A stretch of DNA of 64,000 nt from Isurus oxyrinchus (lineage: Eukaryota). The stretch lies in contig JANJGN010000009.1 of assembly GCA_026770705.1 (NCBI GenBank), positions 163,866,001 through 163,930,000 on the forward strand, read 5' to 3'. How positions within the stretch are numbered: position 1 is the first letter of the stretch; each line of letters opens with the position of its first letter. The notes under the pieces are model-generated. The model did not search any database. It saw only the letters and a list, made by a program, of their open reading frames with translations, and had not been told where the DNA came from. The position numbers were made by a program, and so were the translations under genes. Of the stretch, positions 12,623 through 24,089 are shown in pieces.

Positions 12623-12762
12623 CAAGTTCTGTCGAAGGGTCATGAGGACTCGAAACGTCAACTCTTTTCTTCTCCATCGATGCTGCCAGACCTGCTGAGT
12701 TTTTCCAGGTAATTCTGTTTTTGTTTTGGATTTCCAGCATCCGCAGTTTTCTTTGTTTTTAT
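12623..12762 (+). mobile_element. Short Penelope pseudo-LTR 3' fragment with hammerhead motif at 12625-12663 (duplicate 55549-55688)
   Basis: 11-bp TSD ctcattaaaat at 12612-12622 and 12763-12773. Confidence 0.85.
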
Positions 12763-14231
12763 CTCATTAAAATGTTGGTGAAATTGTCACTTTTCTCTGG
12801 CTAATCCCTTGACCAAAGAGGGAATTTTAATTCCCCTCCCCCATCCTGCATCGTGTTGAGGCATGATGGGATTTGCTGGATCCAGAACCTTCTCCAGCAC
12901 GGCTTGTGATCCAGGAGACACACGAAAGCTTCACCCCCACCCCCAGGCAAATGTTTTATACAATTTCTCCCTCCCCATGATTGGCCAATCCTGCCCCAAG
13001 CAGCAAAGTCACCCTGACTCCCTCCTCGCTGTTGTGCTCCGAGGCAACATTCCCACCAATTTCCAAACTTTTACCATAACGTTCCTACTTGGAAACCAGC
13101 CAAACATTCAATCAGTGTGCAAGAATTCTGGTGAGATTTTGCTGTTAAATTCGGCACAAACTCAACATTCCTGGTATTTCCAGCTTTCTCACCACCCCAC
13201 GCACAGTCCCCCCTCTCGTCTCCACGTACCAGGGTTGAAGTGTTCTATCGCAGCATGCAGAGAACCAGAGCCAATCACATTTACATTCTTATCCAAAGCT
13301 ACAAAACATGTAACCGATATCTGACAACATTTTGCCCTCATTTTACCCTTTGCTTTTCTAAGATTCTCTCCAACCAATTCACATTCAACTCACAAACAAT
13401 GAAACAGCATTGGAGGCTCACTACCAGCTACGAAGAGATATTGTTCACCATGATATTCATGTTAACATACTCTCAGTATCATAGCTGCTGTTCTGATCTG
13501 GAGACCTGATATGTTCTGATATAATGGCTGAAAGGGTAACTCAGGCCTCTAAGAGGATGGAGAGATATGGGGATGGATTTTTAAAAAGTATGGTGTCAGG
13601 ATTAGAGATGGGTGGGTGTGAAATTTGACACCGCTGGTCTCCATGCCAATTTACTGTTACAATCCCAAGCCCGAAACATTTAGAAAGCAGGCGGCTTGCA
13701 GTCAAGTGGTGGGCAGCTAACTTAGGAAATAACATTTACCAAAGGGGCCAATTAAAGACCCATTCCTGCGCCCACTGGGATTTCATTCAGCAATGCAAGC
13801 AGACCACATTACCCCTTCAGGATCATGGCCCGGCAGCTGCCGGGTTTTGAAACATAAAATAAACTTACCTGGACTTTCCCCTTGCTGTCTCCATGCTCAG
13901 GTCAGCAACTCCCACCTCACCTGGTGAGGCCCTCTAGCATCAGGAGCCCGCCCTCTGTCCCTGATTGGATGGTGAGCCAGTTCCAGTCTTTTGATTGGCT
14001 AGAACATTGAAAATTGCAGTGGGCATGCCTAAAGAATGGTGAATGGTGTCAGGACCTGAAACTATCTCCCATGTCCAGTTCCCAAACCCAAATTTAACAT
14101 CCACCCCATAGAGTGGTAGATGTGTTGGTGAGATTCCAACATGGCAGAGCCTGGCTGAGATGAAGTGCAAAGTTTGAAGAGTATTTGATTATTAAATGTT
14201 CAGTATCTGAATGTTTCTTTCTTTCCAACAG

Positions 14232-14561
14232 AACCCGTGTCTGTTCCTGTGCTTAGATTTTCATCACCAGCAAATGTCTCATGTTCTGGGGGTTCAGTGT
14301 CCGTCTCCTGTGAGTCTGTCCAGGGATCCCTTCCCATTCAGTACACATGGTATGAAAAGAACCTGTCTGAAGATTCAAAGATCTCTGACACCAATAAACT
14401 GGATCTACATTGTCAATCCTTCAAACAGCAACATCATCAATATTACTGCACAGCCTCAAATAATCAGGGAGTAAAATCCAGTGACACTGTCACTGTTAAC
14501 TCAACACTCATGAATGTAACAACGAAAAGCTACAGTTATGTGATACAAATTGGAAACATTG
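14232..14561 (+). CDS. Receptor A exon 3, C2-type Ig domain
   Basis: ccaacag|AACCC acceptor, attg|gtaagt donor, phase 1/1; EPVSVPVL...VSCES..GSLPIQYTWY...YYCTASN. Confidence 0.92.
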
Positions 14562-14949
14562 GTAAGTGTTACTTTCTACAAACAACGTGGCGAATGAATG
14601 TTTAAAATTCATGTCTATCCAAACTGGTCACTGTTTCAGTTCCTTCAGTTTATCTGAGAAATTGCAGCTGGCCAAATTCACTCTCTCTGGTTCCTCAAAC
14701 ATTCTGAACAAGGTCACTAAGTTGCATTTTTCATGAAAAATGGACAGGATCAGAAAATATCCCCAAAACATGCAAAAATATTGCAGAATCTCCAATAAAC
14801 CCATCGAATCAAAATAGCATTTGATTGACAGAGCTTTCATAAAGCAATTTGTCTATTTCCAGCAGATGGAATTGTGAAATGCAACCTCCAACTGTTGTGT
14901 CCTAGTTTGGGAAGGATATCACTGATAGAATAGAGAAGAATTGAATTAA

Positions 14950-15345
14950 AATGAACCCTTGGATGAGAGGTTTTAGTCATGAGGAAAGTATCATCACAAC
15001 TGAGGTGAATGACCAGCTGGAGGACGTGGAAATTGTTAGAAATTTGGATAAGATAACTCTAACTATTTCCACTAGTCAGTGAGTCAGCAACAAGAGAGCA
15101 TTAACTTTAAAATTATCACTAAAAGGACAAAGGGAGAAATTTGGAGAATTTTATTGATGCAAACTGTTTTTAGGACATGGAATGCCCAACTGAAATAAGT
15201 TTACAAACAAATTTAATAATAGATTTTAAAAGGGAAACAAATGTATGAGGGTGTGGGAAAAGGACAATGAAATGGAATTAAATGAGGAGATCATTCAGAG
15301 AACCAGCATTGGAGCGATGGGCTGAATTCCCTCCCCTGTGTTGTA
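14950..15345 (+). mobile_element. Decayed CR1 3' fragment (duplicate about 57880-58275)
   Basis: CR1-like RT end and 3' tail (gatgggctgaat...). Confidence 0.45.
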
Positions 15346-15829
15346 AAAATTCCATCATTCCAGACAAAATCTCAACTTATCCTGTCTAAAAAATTAACTA
15401 TTCCCTCCCCATAAAACAATGACCCTGGTTCTGAAACAAGGAGGACTTTAGCCTATTTGAATGTAGCGGTTCAATTTTCTGCAGAGTGGGTGCAGCATGT
15501 TCACCGAGAAACACCAACATGGGCACAAAACAAAGAGAATCACATTTTCACCTGAGCAGCAGGAGACAGGAATTTACATATGCAAATATATTGACTCTGG
15601 TCATGTGGTCTCTTGCCTCAGTTGTCAGGGAAGAAGGGTGGAATTTTACACCCCCATTGCGCCAGGGACTGGGCTGTAAAATGCAGCCAGCCATTCTAAA
15701 CTCCATGCACTCCAGCAGGACCATAAAATCCCACTGTCACAAGGCTCTGAGCAAAGGCTGTCAGCAGCAGGTAGAAATTACACCTGTAAACTGTGTTTGT
15801 ACTGGAGTTGTCAGCAGGGACTCAGTTGC

Positions 15830-16310
15830 ACTCTGACCTTTGATGCCAGTCTTTTGTAGTTACAAGTTCCCCTTAAGAGTTAAAATTCGGGCTGATACCA
15901 TGATCCAGCACTGAGGTAGTGCTATACTGGTGGTGGTGCTGCTGTGTAGATGAGGTATTAAACTGAGGATCCACGTCCCCGTTAGGTAGATGTAAACATT
16001 TCCAGGGTATTATTCACAGAATAGGGAAGTTCTCCTGGTGTCCTTGACGCCTTTATTCCTCAACCAATACACACAAATTGGGAGCAGGAGCAGGCTATTT
16101 GGTCTTTTGAGCCTGTTAATGTCACTAGAAAACAGATCATCTAGTGAATGTTTTACTGATGTTTGTGGGGCTTTGCTGTGTACGAATTAACTTCCACGTT
16201 TCTTGATATTAAAACTGTGGCTTTACTTCAAAAAAGTACTTCATAGGCTCTGAAGCACTTTGGGATATCCCAAGGTTGTGAAAGGTGATGAATCAACACA
16301 CATTGTTTCT
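15830..16310 (+). mobile_element. Decayed DeuSINE (SacSINE1-like) (duplicate about 58760-59240)
   Basis: Similar to the SINE copies at 17980 and 21955. Confidence 0.55.
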
Positions 16311-16870
16311 TACTTTTTGAAACAAATGATTTATTAAAATACATCTGAACCAATTATCTGAGTGCAAACGGCAGGGGGGAGGGGGAGGGAGGAGCCAGTC
16401 CCAGCAGCAAGGTGGGTCATTATAATTAAATGGACAGAAAATCACTGGCAGGTTTGAGACATTCATGGTCTGTTGGTGAAGATTCTCATCTTTACTGCAA
16501 GCTCAGAAAACTGCCCCCAAAGGGCAGAAAGTGACCATTGCCAGTATTAGGATGTGACTGTTTAATGTGTTCACATGAAATTCATGTAATGAAAGTGTAT
16601 CTCTGGATTGTAGTCCACCAACCTGAGCCCTTAACTGGCCCACCAACTCTCAGATATAGTAAAGAAAGTGGAATTACCAGTAAAGATAGATCACCACCAA
16701 GTATCTGCGACCTCTCCACTTGTGACCAGAGAGGGGTAAATAACACAGAAATCAATTCTACCAGCCAGGCTTTTCCTCAATTAATGAGGTTCCATTTGAC
16801 AATGATGCTCTTTCAGTTGACTACAAGTGAAAATGAGCTGAATCTGAATGTTATTCCCTTGTGTCAACAG

Positions 16871-16988
16871 GACCTGAGTATTTTTGTGATGTTTCTACAA
16901 CAGTATCACCAACTACACATTTGACAAGTACAGATATAATTTCCACTACCAATCGATCCACACCTTCAGATCCCGAAAATCCTGAAAG
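16871..16988 (+). CDS. Receptor A exon 4, Ser/Thr-rich stalk (GPEYFCDVSTTVSPTTHLTSTDIISTTNRSTPSDPENPE)
   Basis: tcaacag| acceptor, aag|gtac donor; phase 1 in, phase 2 out, matching exons 3 and 5. Confidence 0.85.
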
Positions 16989-17979
16989 GTACAATGTTCT
17001 CATGGATTGGCATTGCTTCCATATGTGAGAGATACGATTGGCCAAAGGAGTGAAAGTTGTTCATTAATTTGGAAAGTAGCTCATCAGAATGGAAATGGTG
17101 GCTGGGTTTATATCATGCTGTTGTGTTAGCTTCTTAATGAGGGTGCATTTTTCTGTTGGAAAATACAAGCAAGGAGTGAGCTTTTCCATTGTGTTGCCGC
17201 TCAGATGGTGTTTTTTGCCTTATTCACCTTGATTACTTCACCGCTAAGGTAATCTCACAGTGTGTGAGGAGTTGTACTTGTCAAACTTACCTTGCTGCTG
17301 TCTACACTGACAGAGTACTTGTATTTGGGCTGATGAAAAGGAAGAATTAGCGTGATATATCTGCACATCCTTTGGTTTCACTAATGAGAGACATCTTGCA
17401 GCTCTCGGCCCGTTTCCATATTATAAACCTAAGCTGTTGACGATAAGTAGCAGAAATTGTAGTCCGATGTAAACACTCAGGAATCGGGTCTTTGAAGTTA
17501 CAATGGTGATAAAGAGAAAACGCCAACTAAATGTCAAACAGAAAGAGGGACAGTTGGAAATGGACAGCAGGTATGTCCGCAGCTGTGGAGAAAATAAACA
17601 CGTTCATGGTTTGGGTGCAGACACTTCTTCAGAATTCTAGTCCACACACGAAGTGAAACAGGTCCACTCACCCCACAGATCCCAACTGAGCTGCTGAATG
17701 TTTCCAGAATCTTCTGTTTTCCATTCATATTTCTAGCACATGCAGTGCACTTACTTTTATCCAGATTATTGTCAATGATTTAAGAAGTATAGAAAGTATC
17801 TGATTTTTATTTTAAGACAAATCTCTATGTCTGCTCTGTTGTATAAAGTTGACAACAAAGATCATCTGAATATGAAATCCATATATGTATGAAACAGTTA
17901 TTACTTCCACTTTTTTCAGGGAACATCAGGTATTCTTGCATTTGGATTTTAATAATTAAAACTGACTCAGTATTAAACA

Positions 17980-18410
17980 AGGCTCAGTGGTAACACACTC
18001 ACCTTACATGTCAAAGGCTGTGGGTTCACTTCCACTCCAGAGACCTCAGCACATTATCTTGGCTGACACTCCAGTGCACTACTGAGGGAGTGCTGTGCTG
18101 TTGGAGGTGCCACCTCTCAGATGTGATACACCCAAGGCCCATCTGCTCTCTCAGGTGGGTGTAACAGATCCCATAGTGACATTCATAGAAGAGCAGGGCA
18201 GTTCTCCCTCGAGACCTGGGCAACATCACTAAAAAAAACAAATTATTTGTTCATCCAACTAATTGCTATTTGTGGGAGCATGCTGTGTGCAAATTGAGTG
18301 CCACATTTGCCAAATTACCACAGTTACACTGCATTAAAAATATTCATTGCTTGTAAAGTGCTTTGGGATGTCCTGAGGTCATGAAAGCCACTTTATAAAT
18401 ATCTACCTTT
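17980..18410 (+). mobile_element. DeuSINE (SacSINE1-like)
   Basis: ggctcagtgg head, actgagggagtgctg...gatcccat.g..ac.attc..agaagagcaggg core, ctttgggatgtcctgaggt tail. Confidence 0.7.
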
Positions 18411-18485
18411 AAATATTTCTTTAAACAAATGGCCAATAATCAATTGTGAACCAACACTGTACCTTGTCTATTCTCTGTTTCACAG

Positions 18486-18574
18486 TCTGATTTACATTGT
18501 GCTCGGAGTGCTGGGGGGCATTCTTGTGGTGTTTGCTGTTTCTCTACTTCTGTACCTGAGGCAAATCAACAAGG
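18486..18574 (+). CDS. Receptor A exon 5, uncharged transmembrane helix (SLIYIVLGVLGGILVVFAVSLLLYLRQINK)
   Basis: tttcacag| acceptor, aagg|gtgagt donor; about 24 uncharged residues then a basic stop-transfer. Confidence 0.9.
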
Positions 18575-18714
18575 GTGAGTTTTTATTTCTCTTTAATCAT
18601 TTTATTATATGGCAATAATTTGCTGCAGAAGGAAAGAATATACAGTTTGTTGGATCAATCAACAATCACCCATGACCCTAGTATTCTCATTCTGGTCTAC
18701 ACATATTGAACATG

Positions 18715-19404
18715 GGGCTGAATTTTTCTCTATTCGAGCGGGCGCACACCAGATCCAAACGAGAGTAAAATAGTGCGCGATGAGGTCAGACGAGCGTCTG
18801 GACATTATCGTACACTCTGGCGATATTTCTCTCTGCAGGCACGTGCGAGAGGCGGCAGCATGCCCGCTGACAATGAAGCAACCTATTAAGGCCCTTAATC
18901 AATTAATAGAATTGAATTTTTTGCTGCCTGTCCAACTGTTCGGTTGGTTTGTGGTCAAATCGGCCAATCAGCCTTTGCACTTTTGGCGAAACCTCATCAA
19001 TGGGCGGGATGGGGTTTTGACCAGTGATTAAAGCCAAAACTTTGAGAACTCGTATTTAAATGGCCATGGTCATGTGACAAAGTCATATGAGGGGACATGT
19101 TTTCATTAGTTTTCAATTCTTTATTTCAATTGTTCAAAATCTTCAGCTCCCTGAGGCAGCTCTGAGACTCAGGGAGCTTTCACTGTGAGCACGCGCACAC
19201 ATGCACAAACTTGCACGCTTGCCCTCCTCCCACCCTCACGCCAGCAGTGCTGAGCGTTGCAGCACGTATTATGCACTGACTGGCCATTAATTGTCCAGCC
19301 CGTGTGAAATCGATGTTGGGGCCTGATCGGGGGGCAGTGGTCGGCTTCACAACCACTCCTGAGCCCACCTGCCATGCCCATCCGACAAGGGCAAAATTCT
19401 GCCC
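18715..19404. mobile_element. PIF/Harbinger-type MITE
   Basis: TIRs gggctgaatttt / aaaattctgccc, 3-bp TSD atg on both sides. Confidence 0.75.
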
Positions 19405-19449
19405 ATGGAATAATTAAGTTGAGTATTGCTGATAAAAAATACATTTGAA

Positions 19450-19815
19450 CAGATGAACAAGGAGCAGGAGTAGGCCATTCAGCCCCTCGAGCCTGCGCCG
19501 TTATTCAATAAGGTCATGACTGATCTGATGGTAACCTGAAATCTGCATCCCAGCTACCCCCCACATAACCTATCAATCCCTTGTTTACCAAGAATCTATT
19601 CACCTTCCCCTTAAAAATATTCAAAGACTCTGCTTCCCCCACCTTTTCAGGAAGAGACTTCCAAAGACTCATGACCCTTGGCGTGAAAAAATTTTGCCTC
19701 ATCTCCATTTTAAATGAGGGCGACCCCTTATTTTTAAATAATGACCCCTAGCTCTAGATTCTTCCACAAGAGGAAACATTCTCTCCACATCCAGCCCATC
19801 AAGACCCCTCAGGAT
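19450..19815 (-). mobile_element. CR1 LINE 3' end
   Basis: Minus strand reads EMRQNFFTPRVMSLWKSLPEKVGEAESLNIFK, then a CR1 3'UTR. Confidence 0.75.
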
Positions 19816-20204
19816 TTTATTCTGTTGAAGCAATCAGCACTCTCTTCTCATGCAGTATAAATTGTTGCTCCCTTTATTGTTGGTATTGTTGCAAACTGTC
19901 CTGATGAGAACAAGGCAAAAAGCTTTGACAGTGCGTCTCTTTGAATGAGAAAAATTGGGCCTCTGATTTCTCCCTGTGATGAATTGCTTGACCTTACATC
20001 AATGACACAACATAACAGGTACTTGTATTCAGGATAGAATTGATCAGTTTTTGAAATGCTCAATCCTAAACACACGGGAGTTAATTTTCTCTTTCACATC
20101 ACGGGTGTTAATCTGTCAGAGTGCTAAATAGAAATTAATGGAATGAAATTTGGGTGCGTTCTCTAATAGACAATCTGTTCTGTCAGACAGAAAACGTCAT
20201 ATGC

Positions 20205-20456
20205 TGGTAGTGTAGTTGCTGGTTTCTGGTATGTGTGGCCTATCTTAACGAGAGAAACTAGTGTTACTCTGTGACTTGCTTTAAACTGCTTTATTAACAC
20301 TGTATTTAAGAGAGGTTACAGAGTAGGTATGCCTCCCCTGAGTAGAGTGTTCCATCCTCTCTCCCAGGTAAATAGCACATGACTGCCAATTTCATTGATA
20401 CATCATGGTGTACATCACTCATCAGCATAGCTATTCTATTAACCCATTACACTACA
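20205..20456. mobile_element. Possible solo LTR
   Basis: Terminal inverted gtagtgta...tacactaca, AATAAA on the minus strand; no clear TSD. Confidence 0.3.
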
Positions 20457-20664
20457 AACCCTTTTGTCATGCTATGTATAATAACCAGGCTGATTGTTCA
20501 ATCCATGTTGGAAATCATTGGTGCAATGCAGATGAACACATTTCCATGAATGTGGATCAATGTCAGGTTTAGCACACTTGCAACTCATGTTTAGTTTAGA
20601 GATTTTAAACATATTAACCATTCCTTGTTACAGTTCTTTCAACAGTTACATTGTAATTTTTCAG

Positions 20665-20717
20665 GTACAAACTGCATTCCAAGTCAGCGGAGAGACAAGA
20701 CTCTCCATTATAATCAG
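20665..20717 (+). CDS. Receptor A exon 6, juxtamembrane cytoplasmic (GTNCIPSQRRDKTLHYNQ)
   Basis: tttttcag| acceptor, cag|gtaagg donor; phase 1 in, phase 0 out bridges exons 5 and 7. Confidence 0.8.
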
Positions 20718-20789
20718 GTAAGGATATAAACATTACTTCTCTGAATACTGTTTGGAAATTTGCAAGCTGGTGGATATAGAATTTACTAA

Positions 20790-21215
20790 GAACTTACAGC
20801 CATTCGGCCCATCTGCACGAGGCTGGTTTTTATGCTCCACATGAACCTCCTCTCACCCCTCTTCATCCCACCCTATCAGCATATCCTTCTGTCCTTTACT
20901 CTCTCATGCGCTTATCTAGCTTTCCTTTAAATGCAGCAATCCTATTGGACTCAACTCCTCCCCAGGGAAGGAATAAGGAATTCAGAAGAAACTTCTTTAC
21001 CCAGAGAGTGTCAGAATCTGAAATTCGTTACTTTAAGTCAAAGTTCAGGCAAAAACCATGAATAAAGCTGGATAAAGCTGGATAAGCAGTTGAGGGAGAA
21101 GGTAATAGAAAGATATTTTGAAGAGGTTGGATGAAGAGGGGTGGGAGGAGGCTTGTGAGGAGAATGATACTGGTATAGACCCATTGGGCTGAATTGTTTG
21201 TTCCTGTGCTGTAAA
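20790..21215. mobile_element. Two oppositely oriented CR1 3' tails in intron 6
   Basis: The reverse complement of 20800-20935 resembles 21075-21200. Confidence 0.6.
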
Positions 21216-21347
21216 TAATTTTTAATATCTTGTAATCCTTTATAAACTGATTTATAATAATGGATATATAGCTTTCTCCTCATAACAGCACAAGTCACCA
21301 TTCAGGCTAATCAAAAATAAATGCAATCATTTTTTTAATATATTTAG

Positions 21348-21659
21348 GAATTGGCAGCAGAGGAAGAGGGCACTGTGTATGCAAATGTAAACCACACTCA
21401 AAGGAGCTCGGCAGGAACACACAGAGAGGGAACTGCCGAGTTGAATAATGAGGAAATCACATATGCAGCAGTGCAATTACAAAAGAAATCGTCTACACAG
21501 AGAGGTGAAGGGACAAGTCACTCAGTTAACAACCCGGACAGTGTCATCTACAGTGGAGTCATGATTCACAACCAGCCCACAAAGAAAAACCCTAAAACTC
21601 CATTACATGATACTCCCCAGGAATCTGAAATGGCAATTTATGCTACCGTTACTCATTAG
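21348..21659 (+). CDS. Receptor A exon 7, cytoplasmic tail with ITSM/ITIM motifs (TVYANV, ITYAAV, VIYSGV, AIYATV) and stop
   Basis: tatttag|GAA acceptor in frame with ORF 21351-21659; four YxxV motifs. Confidence 0.9.
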   Translation, partial: ELAAEEEGTVYANVNHTQRSSAGTHREGTAELNNEEITYAAVQLQKKSSTQRGEGTSHSVNNPDSVIYSGVMIHNQPTKKNPKTPLHDTPQESEMAIYATVTH

Positions 21660-21954
21660 CGAAACCATTCGGGTGGCACATGTACTGCCCAGTGCACTTA
21701 ACGTTGCATCTCAGTTGCATTGAATTTCTTCTGCCATGAGCTGTCCACATATTTACTTTAGTCCAATTCTTCCTTTAACTTGGGAATTGTTTCCTCCATT
21801 CCCACCGCTCCTCCCAGTTTGGAATCATCAGCAAATGTAATCAATTCACCTTGAGTTTCAGAGTCCAGGACATTAATGTAAATTAGAGTGGTCCCAATAC
21901 CAGGTCTTATAGCACCACACTCACCAGCCAGACCCCCCACCCCCCACACCCCTA

Positions 21955-22410
21955 GCATTGGTAGCTCTGTTGCTGCTGATTCACAAGTTCCAGGTTTGAG
22001 TTCCATGCCGGGGCTTGAGTGGAAAATTCAAATGTTGACACTCTGTTGTAGTACTGAGGGAGTGCTGAACTGTTGGAGGTGCTGTTTTTTGGGTGAGATG
22101 TTAAACCGAGGTCCCATCTGCCTATTTGAGTGAATGTAATAGATCCCATGGCATTATTTTGAAGAAGAATAAGGGAGTTAACCCCGGTGTCCGGACCATT
22201 ATTTCTCCCTCAATCCACATCACAGAAACAAATAGCCTGATCAGTATCACATTGCTGTTAGTGGGGGTTTGCTGTGCACAAATCGGCTGCTGCATTTTCT
22301 ACATCACAACAGTGACTACACTTCAAAAGTGCTCCAGGGGCTGTAAAGCTCTTTGAGACATCCAGTGATTATAAAAAACATGATAAAAATCCACAGCTTT
22401 CTTTCTTTTC
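21955..22410 (+). mobile_element. DeuSINE (SacSINE1-like)
   Basis: Deu core gatcccatggcattattttgaagaag; tail ctttctttc. Confidence 0.7.
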
Positions 22411-22489
22411 TTTAACACAACCGGCCTAATGGGCCAAATTTGTCTCAGCGTCCAACTCTAGTCTGCAAGTCAGATCGTCATGGGTTACC

Positions 22490-23790
22490 TCCGGGACTTG
22501 ATCATACAATCCAGGCAGATACTTCAGTGCAGTACTGAGAGAGTGCTGCACTGTTGGGACTGCCTTCTTTTAGGTGTGATAGTAAACTGAAGACAAAACA
22601 GAAAGATGGGGGTGTTGAATGGCAAGCAACAGGAAGTTCTGGGTCATGCTTGCGTAGAGACCCCCTTTTTTTTTCCCCAATAAATTATATAGATTTTTCT
22701 TTTCCCACCTATTTCCATTATTTTTAAATATTTTAAAATCTTTTATGCTCCCTCCACCCCCACTAGAGCTGTACCTTGAGTGCCCTACCATCCATTCTTA
22801 ATTAGCACATTCGTTTAGATAATATCACCAACTTTAACTTTAACACCTATGTGTTCTTTTGTACCATTGTCGCTGACATCTTTTGATGATCTGCTTCTAT
22901 CACTGCTTGTTTGTCCACACAACCACCTCTCTCTCTCTCTATCTCTCTGCCCCCCCCCCACACACACCTTAAACCAGCTTATATTTCAATTCTTTCTTGG
23001 ACTCGAAATCAAGTTCTGTCGAAGGGTCATGAGGACTCGAAACGTCAACTCTTTTCTTCTCCGCCGATGCTGCCAGACCTGCTGAGTTTTTCCAGGTAAT
23101 TCTGTTTTTGTTTTAGAGACCAAAGTGGTCCTGCAAAGCGATCACCCCACCCTCACAAGGACCATCTCTCACTTGTTCATGTTGTTCTTTCCAGAGAGCT
23201 TACCCTTGTCCTGTCATTATCACATTCTGCTTTCTGATCTTAATGTCACCATTAGCACCTCCTTTAGCCAGTATCACTATCAAGAAGACCCCTTTGTCCT
23301 TTTGTCTATGACATCTCTGGCAATCTCTCCTTTGCCTCCACCTATCACTGATCTTCTATCCACCTTCACCTGCTCCACCTCCACTTAAACAGCATAAATT
23401 TCATTACATTTTTACTACTCTCTCGGTTCAAGAAGAGTCATTAGGATTCCCTCCACAGATGCTGTTAGACCTGCTGAGTTTTTCCAGCATTTTCTGTTTT
23501 TGTTTCAGATTTCCAGCATCTGCAGTATTTTGCATTTATCTTAGTATTAAACTGAAGACCCTCCTATACCTTAGGTGGATGTAAAAGATCCCATGGCACT
23601 ATTCAAACAGTTCTCCCAGTGTCCTGGTCAATATTCTGCACCCAGTATCGAGTAAAGAGATTACCTGCTTATTCATCCAGTTTTGGGCCCTTGCTGTATG
23701 ATGATTTGTTGCCACATCTCTCTGTTTCAAAAATACTTCATTGGCTGTGAAAGGCATTGTATAAATTGTAAGTTCAACTCTTCTTTCTTT
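22490..23790 (+). mobile_element. DeuSINE interrupted by nested Penelope fragments (22595-23547, itself interrupted at 22663-23113)
   Basis: TSDs taaactgaagac and tagagacc; hammerhead motif at 23012-23050. Confidence 0.7.
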
Positions 23791-24089
23791 TCTAATGAGC
23801 ATTAGTTTCATTTTGTCGTTCAAACAATCTTTTTATCTCAGGGATTACCCTAAATACACAGAGTTTTGGGGATGCCCGGGTTGAGGCCTCTGACCCTGTA
23901 CAAGGAACAGGCTGAAGGGAACAGTACCATTCCTGTGTAAAGGGCAAGGTTGGTATCCCCCAACAAGCCAGTGAGGGGCTAATAAAATAAATGGTATTAA
24001 AATTGTAAGTCCACCTCTGTGGAGGGGTACAACTTCAAATGCAATTTGGCAAATACATTTTGAAAATCAGAACACTTTCCAGACTAGCA

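Larger units (their letters stand above)
1..17797 (+). repeat. Segmental duplicate, copy A (left end lies outside the window)
   Basis: Colinear with 42936-60739 at an offset of about 42,930; the ORF track repeats nearly verbatim. Confidence 0.97.

Noticed and set aside
17920-17929. Micro-exon ttttttcag|GGAACATCAG|gtattc in A intron 4
   Set aside because: 10 nt would shift the TM exon out of frame; exon 4 joins exon 5 correctly without it. It could only give a truncated isoform, and there is no evidence for one.
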